The notes under the pieces are model-generated. The model was not told the origin of the DNA, ran no database searches, and saw nothing but the letters and a program-made list of their open reading frames with translations. 44,113 nt of DNA from a virus, in IMG/VR virus record IMGVR_UViG_3300028422_000241; one strand, written 5' to 3'. Positions 9,494 to 17,795 of the stretch are shown one piece after another (within the stretch, counting starts at the first letter, position 1; every line of letters starts with the position of its first letter). The translations under genes were made by a program, and so were the position numbers.

Positions 9494-10108
9494 TTATTCG
9501 AGTTTTGCATCGGGGTTTTGTTCAAGGTAGGCACAAAGCTCATCATAGCTCATGTCTTTAACTTCCTTGCCCGCAGGAGGTGGTGTCTTGCCACCAGCGG
9601 ATCCGGGAGCCATGCCCTTAAACTGCTGCCCCTTGGTATCGGTTGCGAAAAGAAACGATGTTGCCTCCGCTTTCACCATCTCGGCAAGCTCATTTGCAAG
9701 GCCTTTGACGGTACCATCATCAGCGAGCTTGGCCTCTTTGAGGAAATCAGCTAAAAGCGCCTTTACAGCGGTGTTGTTTTTAGCACCGGCGGCTGTGAGT
9801 GCTGCATCAACTGCATTGTCAAGCCTTACCTGCGCAAGCTGCGCCTCATAATTTTGTTTGTCGGTGGCGTTCTGCTGTTGGAGGGTAGTGATCTGGGTTT
9901 TAAGCGCCTCAACATCACCGGTGGAGTTTTTAAGCGCCTCCAGCTGCTGATCGCGTGCCTTGAGATCGTCCTCCGCTTTCTTTTTCGCGGTGTTCACCTG
10001 GTTAAAGTCGGTTTTTGAAACAAAGCTCTTGCCGATCTCTGCAGCAACCTTTGTGTCAATGTCCTCCGTGTAACTTTCACCAAGTATGGTTTTTAACCAT
10101 TCCAGCAT
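9494..10108 (-). CDS. Scaffolding protein (GP20-like)
   Basis: 204 aa, highly charged coiled-coil (KKKAEDDLKARDQQLEALK...), strong AAGGAGG RBS, positioned upstream of the capsid gene. Confidence 0.8.
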   Translation of the reverse strand: MLEWLKTILGESYTEDIDTKVAAEIGKSFVSKTDFNQVNTAKKKAEDDLKARDQQLEALKNSTGDVEALKTQITTLQQQNATDKQNYEAQLAQVRLDNAVDAALTAAGAKNNTAVKALLADFLKEAKLADDGTVKGLANELAEMVKAEATSFLFATDTKGQQFKGMAPGSAGGKTPPPAGKEVKDMSYDELCAYLEQNPDAKLE

Positions 10109-10217
10109 TTTTGTTTACCTCCTTAAAGTAATGTTGCTTTCCTTTTTGTCCGGCCAGTCCCGGTATTGCAACGCCCGCTCTTGTATTCCGCTGGGGCCGC
10201 GCGGTATTTTTTGTATG

Positions 10218-10248
10218 AAAAAAGCACCGTGCTTAATTGCACGATGCT
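10218..10248 (-). terminator. Rho-independent terminator after the MuF/immunity gene pair
   Basis: Minus-strand RNA forms AGCAUCGUGC-AAUUAA-GCACGGUGCU, a 10-bp stem with one G-U pair, followed by a U-run. Confidence 0.6.
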
Positions 10249-10268
10249 TTTAACAACCATGGTGGGTA

Positions 10269-10520
10269 TTAAAGCGGTATTTTTATACCGGCTTTGAGCT
10301 TATTAAGGTTTTCAAACGGCGGTATTGTGAGAAAGCCGACCGCGCCGGTTTGCTTGTTTACCGTAATGTACGGCACCCCGGCATCATCGTCCGTGCCAAA
10401 ATAAAAGGCCCAGACATCGCCAAGATCGTACTTTTCTTTTATGGGGTAGTCACCAAAGCGCTTTTTTGCCTCTTGCTGCGCTTTTTGGTATGCCTGTTCA
10501 ATATTCACTGTTTTACTCAC
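10269..10520 (-). CDS. Putative immunity protein for the MuF C-terminal toxin-like domain
   Basis: 83 aa. The GTG start overlaps the MuF stop (GTGA), indicating translational coupling. No structural role is evident. A terminator follows. Confidence 0.45.
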   Translation of the reverse strand: MSKTVNIEQAYQKAQQEAKKRFGDYPIKEKYDLGDVWAFYFGTDDDAGVPYITVNKQTGAVGFLTIPPFENLNKLKAGIKIPL

Positions 10521-12112
10521 CTACTTTTACAAGTTTCTATTATGCCCTCAGTGGGGGTTAGGTTATCAATACGCCCGTACTCCACACTTGATGGCTTTGC
10601 ATGGTCAAAATAGTACCGCACATCGCGGCTCCCGCTCTGGGGATCTATGAAAAGCACCTTGCCGTTTTCAACCTCAGCGGCAAAAACGTGGCCCATGCTG
10701 CCGGTGTCCCAGGCAACCCGGATCTCAGCCCGTGCGCCGTTACCCCAGCCAAGCATTATGCTCTCAATTTCAGAGGCCTGGTCCTTTTTGAATTTGCTTA
10801 CTGTGCGTTTCCACTCGGAGCCCTTAAATAGTTTACGCCAAGCTCCGTGCATATATGCATCGCCGTCATACGCGGGTGTTGCCTCAACATCGTAGCCCCG
10901 GCGGCGCATTTCATAGCTCGGCACACAATGCGTGCAATTTACCCGGTAAGGCCGCCCACCGTCACGGTAGTTGGGGTTTACGTTTGTTAGATCGTCCGGT
11001 ATATCATGGCTGCCCTTAATGCGTTTCCATGTGTCCAACGGGTTAATTATATCACTTTTCGGCTCCGGTGTCGAGGGCTTTATAAATTGCTTTGCCCATT
11101 CCTTGTAAGTCATATCACGAGGCACCGTGTAAACGGTTTTGCCCGTTTCCGGATCCCGTGAGGCTCTTATGCCTATGCCGTCCATGTCCTCAAAATAGGG
11201 GGCTGTGCAGCAACGGCACCAAGGGTGAAAAGGTGGGGCGGTTGCGCCCTCCTGGTATTCGGACATCTTAAATATTCGCCCGTCCATATCGGTGCAAATA
11301 GGGCAGGTGGTTGGATCCAGGGTACTTACAACACGGTACTGCTCAACACCAAGGTTGCTAAAGCAATCTTTTTGAGCAGCAGAGGAAAAATAAGCGCTCT
11401 CGGTCATAACCACGCGGCCGGCGTTATATTTTGTGGTGTTAAACTGCTTAGCAATAGCTGCAATGGCTTTGTGTGGAGCCTCGCCTGTGGCAAGCATCCG
11501 GGTAAGCTCCTGGTTGACGGTTTGCACCAGCTTGGTTTTGTCTGTCCAGCACCTTGCTGTAAATGTGCGGTTGTCAACGGTCCACGGCCGGGAAAGCACC
11601 TTTTTTACAACTTCGGTGTTTAACGCCTGCATAGTCCAGCCCACGCCGAGGCCTCGCTGGACCTCAAAAGCGGTGTGGTAATAGCTTTGTGTATAGGCGA
11701 GCTCCGAGGCGCTGCTGGTGGCTTTAATTCTTGCCTCTGTCAGCGCCTCGGCTTGCTGCCTTATTTGATATTTTAGGGTGTCCAGGCGGGAAATGTGCAC
11801 CCGTGCGGATGCGTTCTCAAGCTCCTTGATCCAGGCACCGTTTAGGGCATTTTCCTTGCCCTTTTTGATATATTCCTGCACGGTCCACTTAAACTCTTTA
11901 AGCTCGGCAGTTGTAAGCATTTTTTGCGCCTCTGCGTAGGTAATGCCGTTGTTGGTGGCAAAACGCTGATACCAGGCGCGCATTTGCGTGTCAATTTCCT
12001 TTATGGCTGCATCAAACTGCTGCTCAAGGTTTTTTACATATTCGTATGATTGATCCTTGAGGGCATCCTCCATGATTTTTAAGCGGCGTGCCCAATAATC
12101 GGCATTATTCAC
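10517..12112 (-). CDS. Head morphogenesis protein (SPP1 gp7 / Mu F family) fused to a C-terminal papain-like (Cys-His-Asp) toxin-like domain
   Basis: MuF signature VVMTESAYF...DPTTCPICTDMDG...PPFHPWCRCC spans aa ~230-305. About 160 extra aa follow, carrying NCTHC (C392), GSMGHVF (H475) and FIDPQSG (D490). Confidence 0.85.
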   Translation of the reverse strand: MNNADYWARRLKIMEDALKDQSYEYVKNLEQQFDAAIKEIDTQMRAWYQRFATNNGITYAEAQKMLTTAELKEFKWTVQEYIKKGKENALNGAWIKELENASARVHISRLDTLKYQIRQQAEALTEARIKATSSASELAYTQSYYHTAFEVQRGLGVGWTMQALNTEVVKKVLSRPWTVDNRTFTARCWTDKTKLVQTVNQELTRMLATGEAPHKAIAAIAKQFNTTKYNAGRVVMTESAYFSSAAQKDCFSNLGVEQYRVVSTLDPTTCPICTDMDGRIFKMSEYQEGATAPPFHPWCRCCTAPYFEDMDGIGIRASRDPETGKTVYTVPRDMTYKEWAKQFIKPSTPEPKSDIINPLDTWKRIKGSHDIPDDLTNVNPNYRDGGRPYRVNCTHCVPSYEMRRRGYDVEATPAYDGDAYMHGAWRKLFKGSEWKRTVSKFKKDQASEIESIMLGWGNGARAEIRVAWDTGSMGHVFAAEVENGKVLFIDPQSGSRDVRYYFDHAKPSSVEYGRIDNLTPTEGIIETCKSR

Positions 12113-13592
12113 TTACAGCACCGCCTCCCGAGCCGGCTGTGCTTTCAAACGCCGCACGGTAGGCATCGACATCCTCAACGGCCTTTTGCTTTTCCTCCTC
12201 CAGGCGTTTAAGCTCCTCCTCCGGATCGTCAACCCATGGATGCTGCCGCACAATGGTTTCATTGCTTATAATGCCTTGCGATTTTCCGCAGTTGTCTATG
12301 GCCTCGGTTTCATTAACCAGTATATCACGGTTAAATATAACCGTTACATCCTCGCCGTCAAAGTTACCCACGCCGGTGTTGGCCAGGTGAACATTGACAA
12401 ACCACAGCAGATCCTCAAAAGCGGCTTGAAATTCTGTTTCCATGCCGTTTGCATCAAGGTCAATGTCAGAATACATTGAGCGTATATTCATTTGGTTTGG
12501 TGTGCCGGTCATGCGCTCGTCTTTGGCATCGTAGCCCCGGGCGTTCTCGATTATGGCCTTTTTCAGCAGGTCAATAATGGTTTTGTAGTTTTCGGCATTT
12601 ACCTCAACGGTTAGGGTATCAACGCTGCCATCCGCGCCCTCGTAGCTGCGCACCTTAACGGCGCCGTATGTGGTGAGGTTGCGCCTAAACTCGCCCAGGT
12701 TCTCACCGTCATAGTTGTGCAGCACCAAAATGGTGTTGTGCACGTCCTCCTCCATAGCGTTTATGTAGTTGGATAGCAGCAGGTTAAGCGCATCCTGCAA
12801 GCATTTTACGCGGCAGAGCAGCGGGGTTTCACGGTGGTTGTACTTAAAGCAAATAAGAGGCAGGCGCTCCCAATTAAGCGGTATGGGCTTGCCTGTCTTT
12901 TTATCAACCACGGTAATATAGGAGCCGGAGGTTGCATCATTGTCAACAACCAGGCTGCCGTCCTCCCACACAAAGCGATCAACGCCGCCGGCATGGAAAA
13001 CCTCAACCTTGTAAACAATTTCTTCCTCGCCATCGCCCTTGTATTCGTATATGGGGAAAAAGTGCACGGCGCAGTCAAGCTCTGTGTGCGCGGTGTCTGC
13101 CCAGAACGGCAGCACCTCATACGCCGGAAACATGGCGAAAGACAGCTCACCGGCATTGTTGTAATAAGGGAAAAGCCACACCTTGCCACCGGTCAAAGCC
13201 TTTTCAGCCAATATGCGCAGGGTGCGGTGGATCTTTTTGCTGAAAACCTTTGAAAGTGCCTCGCCATATTTGGAGTTGTTCGTATCGAAAGTGACGGGCT
13301 GCCCCAGCAGGTAATTGGCCTTTTGGTCAATCATTTTTGCATACTGATTATCAACAATGCGGTTGTTTGGCAGGTTGTCAACCTCCTTGAGGCTGCCGTC
13401 CTCGCCTATGGCTTTACGCTTACGGCGCTTTATATCCTGCTCACCGTCATAATAGGCATCACCGTCAAGCTGCTGCCTGCGCTCTTTGGACGTGAGCCAG
13501 CGCTTGATCTCTTTTTCTAAAAATTCCCGGTCAGTCATACCGGGGTTTACACCTGCAGCCACTTTACCGGGGTATAAATTTAATTTTTTCAC
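12105..13592 (-). CDS. Portal protein (SPP1 gp6-like)
   Basis: GTG 13592 lies 7 nt after AAAGGAGG and immediately after the terminase stop. About 495 aa, positioned between the terminase and MuF genes. Confidence 0.9.
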   Translation of the reverse strand: MKKLNLYPGKVAAGVNPGMTDREFLEKEIKRWLTSKERRQQLDGDAYYDGEQDIKRRKRKAIGEDGSLKEVDNLPNNRIVDNQYAKMIDQKANYLLGQPVTFDTNNSKYGEALSKVFSKKIHRTLRILAEKALTGGKVWLFPYYNNAGELSFAMFPAYEVLPFWADTAHTELDCAVHFFPIYEYKGDGEEEIVYKVEVFHAGGVDRFVWEDGSLVVDNDATSGSYITVVDKKTGKPIPLNWERLPLICFKYNHRETPLLCRVKCLQDALNLLLSNYINAMEEDVHNTILVLHNYDGENLGEFRRNLTTYGAVKVRSYEGADGSVDTLTVEVNAENYKTIIDLLKKAIIENARGYDAKDERMTGTPNQMNIRSMYSDIDLDANGMETEFQAAFEDLLWFVNVHLANTGVGNFDGEDVTVIFNRDILVNETEAIDNCGKSQGIISNETIVRQHPWVDDPEEELKRLEEEKQKAVEDVDAYRAAFESTAGSGGGAVSE

Positions 13593-13605
13593 GGCTGCAC
13601 CTCCT

Positions 13606-14874
13606 TTACTCAAAACTGTAATGCGGACCGGCTGAAATTTCCTCAAGGGCGTACCGCATAGCATCCATGAGGTGGTTAAAATCATCAATGGGGCGGTTTA
13701 ACTTCCGGCCCGTTTTTGTGTCTGTGTCCCAAGTGTAATTGCTTATCTCAGTAATGAAATTAACGCACTTGGGGTGAATAAATATTTTATAGTCCTGTAT
13801 GTAGTCAATGCCGTTGTTTATGCTGTCTTTGCCTTTACGGGCTTTGCGTATGTGGGAAAGCCCCAGGGTGTAAAGCCGGTCAATGCTCTTAGGCTCGGCA
13901 CAGTCTGCCCGGATGCGCTCTTTTCCATACCCAGCATCTATAACGGCCTTGGCTATGTCCTCATTGCTCATGCCCCGTTTATAAATCTCATCAAACACCC
14001 ACATGGTTTTGTTTGCGGTGTCTACCAAGCTACAAAACAGTGCGGTGGGATCGTTGGTATATCCGAAGTCAAGCCCAAAGGCAGAACGTATGCCGGGCAT
14101 CTTGCGCACCTCGTCAATGCTGAAAAGGCGCTCCTCAAAGTTTTCATATACCAGGCCATCAACAATGCCCCACTCACCGAGCCCAGCCACGCGGTAGCGG
14201 CGTGGGTTGTTGCGCTGCATTGTGTCAAATACCTTTTTATCAGCTGCATCCAGCCACTCATTGCACATATAATTTGTGGTCATGGCCAGTATGTCCGGAT
14301 CCGGTGGGGCATCAAAAAAGCGCTTTTTAAGCCAGTGGTGCTCATTCCACGGGTTAAAGGTGAGGGTTAATTGCTTAAAAAGCCCGGCGGGCACCTCACC
14401 ACGGATGCTCTCGTCCAGGGTGTCAAAATCGGCCTCGGATGTTATCTCGTAGGCCTCCTCAATCCACAGCCAGCAAAGCACACCGACATCAACCGTGATG
14501 GAGGTTACTTTCAGCGGATCGTCAAGGCCTCTAAAATAAATCTTTTGGCCGGTTTCTATATTCTCAATCTCAAGGGGGCTTTCCTTTGCAACCCATACAC
14601 GCTGTAAACCAAGGCGGTTTATAGCCCACTTGAGCTCTGTAAAACAGCTGTCTTTTAGTGTGCGGAATGTTTTACGGATAACAAGCAAATTGGCTTTGCT
14701 GTATTTTGCTTTGCTCAAATTGCTCATGTACCACAGCGCAGCGGTTTTGCTTTTCTTAGATGCACGGCTGCCTTTGCAAACACGGTACCTGCCTTTGAAT
14801 TGCCAAAAGTCATTGTAACCGCTGCCCACAAAGTCAGACATTTTGAGCTGCAGGTTGTTAGCTGTCGAGATCAT
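13606..14874 (-). CDS. terL: Terminase large subunit (PBSX XtmB / Terminase_3-like)
   Basis: Walker A-like segment YRVCKGSRASKKSKTAA, about 420 aa, follows the small subunit gene. The start is uncertain (14874 or 14841). Confidence 0.92.
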   Translation of the reverse strand: MISTANNLQLKMSDFVGSGYNDFWQFKGRYRVCKGSRASKKSKTAALWYMSNLSKAKYSKANLLVIRKTFRTLKDSCFTELKWAINRLGLQRVWVAKESPLEIENIETGQKIYFRGLDDPLKVTSITVDVGVLCWLWIEEAYEITSEADFDTLDESIRGEVPAGLFKQLTLTFNPWNEHHWLKKRFFDAPPDPDILAMTTNYMCNEWLDAADKKVFDTMQRNNPRRYRVAGLGEWGIVDGLVYENFEERLFSIDEVRKMPGIRSAFGLDFGYTNDPTALFCSLVDTANKTMWVFDEIYKRGMSNEDIAKAVIDAGYGKERIRADCAEPKSIDRLYTLGLSHIRKARKGKDSINNGIDYIQDYKIFIHPKCVNFITEISNYTWDTDTKTGRKLNRPIDDFNHLMDAMRYALEEISAGPHYSFE

Positions 14875-15295
14875 CAATGATCACAACCTTTGTGGTACCC
14901 TCCAGGCTCACCTTATCAGTAAACAGGCCAAAGCGCTTGCCTAAAAGCTCGGCAGCCTTGAGGCGTTCCTTTTCATCGGGGGCTTTTTTCATTCGTTTAG
15001 CCTCGGAGCAGCCATCGCCGTAACCCTCAATAACAACGATCTCGGCCTCAGACTGTCCGCGCATAACCGAGGTAAGATACTCCATAACCTCCTGCGCCTC
15101 CGCAGTCTTTTGACTGCTGATCTCGGCCAGCCGTTCATCAATATAGGCCCGGACGTTAGCATTTGTTAGCAGCCTGCTGCCGTTAGCCCTTGCGGCACTT
15201 TCCTTTTTTATGTTCGGGTAGGCCGCCATATATGCCCTGGTGGCATTACAGTCAATGATGTACTCGTCTGCAAATTTCTGCTGTTTATCGGTCAT
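14858..15295 (-). CDS. terS: Terminase small subunit (Terminase_2-like)
   Basis: MTDKQQKFADEYIIDCNATRAYMAAYPNIKKESAARANGSRLLTNANV is a typical N-terminal HTH of this family. ATG 15295 follows GAGGTG. Confidence 0.85.
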   Translation of the reverse strand: MTDKQQKFADEYIIDCNATRAYMAAYPNIKKESAARANGSRLLTNANVRAYIDERLAEISSQKTAEAQEVMEYLTSVMRGQSEAEIVVIEGYGDGCSEAKRMKKAPDEKERLKAAELLGKRFGLFTDKVSLEGTTKVVIIDDLDS

Positions 15296-15319
15296 GGTTA
15301 TCACCTCGCTTTCAATCAA

Positions 15320-15361
15320 AATAAAAAGCAGACGGGAGGGGTACAAAACCCCTGCCGCTGC
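15320..15361 (-). terminator. Terminator-like hairpin in the terS leader
   Basis: Minus-strand RNA forms GCAGCGGCAGGGG-UUUUGUA-CCCCUCCCGUCUGC followed by UUUUUAUUUU. It ends about 10 nt before the terS RBS. Confidence 0.4.
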
Positions 15362-15452
15362 TTTAACAAGGAGGCACTGCCTTTATCGGTCAATACCACG
15401 ATACCATTTTATACTATGTAAACCGGACATGGTGGGACATCCTCAAAATTTT

Positions 15453-15857
15453 TTATTTATTTTCAGTTTTGAGGTATCGGTAAACCCTTTTGCGTGCACT
15501 TTCATCACTGTAACCGTTGCCAACGCTCATAGCAATTTGTACCCAATTCAAGCCGTTAATAAACCGCAGTGTGAAGATCTGCCGGGTTAAGCTGTCTGGT
15601 ATGTCCGCTATGTATCGCTCAAGCCGGTTGCGCTCATGTATGCACTGTGTCAGCTTGGCGGCTATAATCGCCTCAAGGTCAATGATCTCTGCACACATAC
15701 GCTCAAGCCGGTTGTCAAAGCTGCCGCCGCTCGGCATACCGGACAAGTTAGGCCCGGACGGGCTGGAGGCTCTGGCCCTTAAAGCCTCAAGCCTTTCCTG
15801 GTCCCTCTCAATTTCACGGTTAAGGTAGTATAACTGTGAAAGCTCTTTTGTTGTCAT
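15453..15857 (-). CDS. Late transcriptional regulator (DUF1492 / sigma-70 region 4-like, RinA-ArpU class)
   Basis: Motifs GMPSGG and RQIFTLRFINGLNWVQIAMSVGYS..RKRVYRYL. Positioned immediately upstream of the terminase genes. Confidence 0.7.
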   Translation of the reverse strand: MTTKELSQLYYLNREIERDQERLEALRARASSPSGPNLSGMPSGGSFDNRLERMCAEIIDLEAIIAAKLTQCIHERNRLERYIADIPDSLTRQIFTLRFINGLNWVQIAMSVGNGYSDESARKRVYRYLKTENK

Positions 15858-17236
15858 ACGGCCGCCTCCTTTGCCTTTTTAATTCTCGCTTTAAGCACAT
15901 TCATAACCGTTTCATGGGTGCCGGCACGGTCCTTGATCGCTGCCATGACATCCTCATCAACGCAGCCCTGCACCACAAGGAAATGATTATAAACCTTGTC
16001 ATAAGGTGAGCCCTGGCGCCACAGTCGGCATTTGCCCTGGTCATTAAGCTCAAAGCTCCAGTTAGGTGTAAACCAGATAATGTGTCGGCCGCCGGCTTGC
16101 AGATTAAGCCCATAGGCGCAGCTGGACGGGTGCACAAGCAGCACATCAATGTTGCCGGCGTTCCATTCGTCCTCATCCTTTGTGTCCTTGTACACACGCA
16201 CCCGCAGCTTTGTTTTAGAAAGCGCCTCAAGGATCCGGTCACGGTCATGCTGAAAACCATAAAAGGTAATGCACGGCTCGCCCTCAATGCGCTCCAGCAA
16301 CTCCATATATGCATCAAGTTTGCAGTCATGGAGGTGTACAACCTTTTTATCGTTGTCATACATAGCGCCGGCACAGAATTGTAGCAGCTTGCCGGTAAGC
16401 ACGCCCGCCGTGGCAGCGGTGACAACACCCTCATCAAGCTCAAGCAGCAGGTCCCGCTCAAATTGGTTATAGGCCTTGAGGGTTTTTTCATCAAGCATAA
16501 CCGGGATCTCATGGTCAATGCAATCCGGCAGCTCCAGGTAGTCCTCTGCTTTCATTGTAAGGCAAATATCGCTTATGGAATTAAGCACGGCCTCCTCAGC
16601 ATCCTGTTTGGGCTTGTAGCTCCATATCTGTGTGGCGTTCCTCTTGTCCGGATCAAAATACATTTGCCGGTACTGTGTAAGTGTCTTGCCCAGCCGTTGC
16701 CCCTCATCAAGTAAATACACCTGCGCCCATAAATTCTCTAAGCCCTGGGAGGATGGAGTGCCGGTAAGCAGCACAACCTTTTTGCAGAAACGCCTCACCA
16801 GTTTCATTGCCTTAAAGCGTTTACTCCGTCCATTCTTAAAGCTGGTGCTCTCGTCAAGCACCACCATATCAAACGGCCACGCCTGTTTGTAATAGTCAAC
16901 CAGCCAGGGTATGTTTTCGCGGTTAATTACATACACATCCGCTGGGGTGTTCAGCGCCCTTATGCGTTGTGTCTGGGAGCCAAGGACCGTAACAACACGG
17001 AGGTGCTTTAGGTGATCCCACTTTGAGGCCTCTTTGCTCCAGGTGCCCTCTGCAACCTTTTTGGGTGCCACAACCAAAGCCTTGCACACACTCCAACGAT
17101 AATACCGCAGTATGTTTATGGCCGAAAGCGTGATCGAGGTTTTACCAAGGCCGGGCCGTAGAAACAACCCAACCGCCGGATCCTCAACGATCCGCTGTAT
17201 GCAATAGGCCTGGTAATTATGCGGTCTATATTCCAT
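15854..17236 (-). CDS. SNF2-family helicase
   Basis: Motif I GLGKT, motif II VLDEST, and a helicase C-terminal region. ATG 17236 follows GAGGAGG. Confidence 0.9.
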   Translation of the reverse strand: MEYRPHNYQAYCIQRIVEDPAVGLFLRPGLGKTSITLSAINILRYYRWSVCKALVVAPKKVAEGTWSKEASKWDHLKHLRVVTVLGSQTQRIRALNTPADVYVINRENIPWLVDYYKQAWPFDMVVLDESTSFKNGRSKRFKAMKLVRRFCKKVVLLTGTPSSQGLENLWAQVYLLDEGQRLGKTLTQYRQMYFDPDKRNATQIWSYKPKQDAEEAVLNSISDICLTMKAEDYLELPDCIDHEIPVMLDEKTLKAYNQFERDLLLELDEGVVTAATAGVLTGKLLQFCAGAMYDNDKKVVHLHDCKLDAYMELLERIEGEPCITFYGFQHDRDRILEALSKTKLRVRVYKDTKDEDEWNAGNIDVLLVHPSSCAYGLNLQAGGRHIIWFTPNWSFELNDQGKCRLWRQGSPYDKVYNHFLVVQGCVDEDVMAAIKDRAGTHETVMNVLKARIKKAKEAAV

Positions 17237-17513
17237 CCGGCAACACCTCCTCAATTAAGGCCTTTGCGGCAGGCCACCCTTTAACAACCCTAACATCGGC
17301 CCCTCGTTTCTGCAATTCACCTCGTTGCCAAGTCTGTATTTTGGATAACCTGCCAATCTCGGTTTTTAATTCAACAAATATAACCCTGCCGGCAGGTGTA
17401 ATTATTATCCTATCCGGTACACCGGGGTTTGAGGGGCTTACAAATTTATAACATAAGCCGCCTCGCTGTTTTACCATTTGCACCATGCGGCGCTCTATAT
17501 CTTTTTCAAGCAC
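17226..17513 (-). CDS. VRR-NUC domain nuclease
   Basis: 95 aa with GVPDRIIITPAGRVIFVELKT...LSKIQ (a D..E.K core). GTG start lies 8 nt after AGGAGG. Confidence 0.85.
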   Translation of the reverse strand: MLEKDIERRMVQMVKQRGGLCYKFVSPSNPGVPDRIIITPAGRVIFVELKTEIGRLSKIQTWQRGELQKRGADVRVVKGWPAAKALIEEVLPDGI

Positions 17514-17524
17514 TATTTAAGCCT

Positions 17525-17795
17525 CCTAACATTTTCACGCGCGCGTGCGTATATGTACGCCATACAGGCGGTTAGGCAGTAATATTACTCTCTAATTGTC
17601 TAATTCTATATAATCAATAGTAATAAATGTTAGAATGTTAGAAAAGTAATAAAAGCCTTATTTTATGCGGGTTTTCGGTCTAACAATTCCTCTAACATTC
17701 TAACAATTCGGTGTTTTTCGTGTAAAAATGTTAGATTTCAGTTTCTAACATTTATACATGAAAACCGAAATGTTAGAAACGAAATGTTAGAAAAC
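17525..17795. repeat. Iteron-rich non-coding region, copy A (paralog of 33573-33822)
   Basis: Exact ATGTTAGA at 17627, 17635, 17728, 17770 and 17784. The reverse-orientation form TCTAACA(A)T occurs at 17679, 17691, 17699 and 17744, and CCTAACAT at 17525. Collinear with copy B, with long identical blocks. Confidence 0.85.

Noticed and set aside
17525-17795. Possibility that the short repeated ATGTTAGA arrays are a CRISPR array
   Set aside because: The repeats are only 8-9 bp and occur in both orientations with irregular, very short spacing. There are no 25-40-bp repeat/spacer units and no cas genes. The whole block is duplicated at 33573-33822. They are iteron or operator-like sites, not CRISPR.
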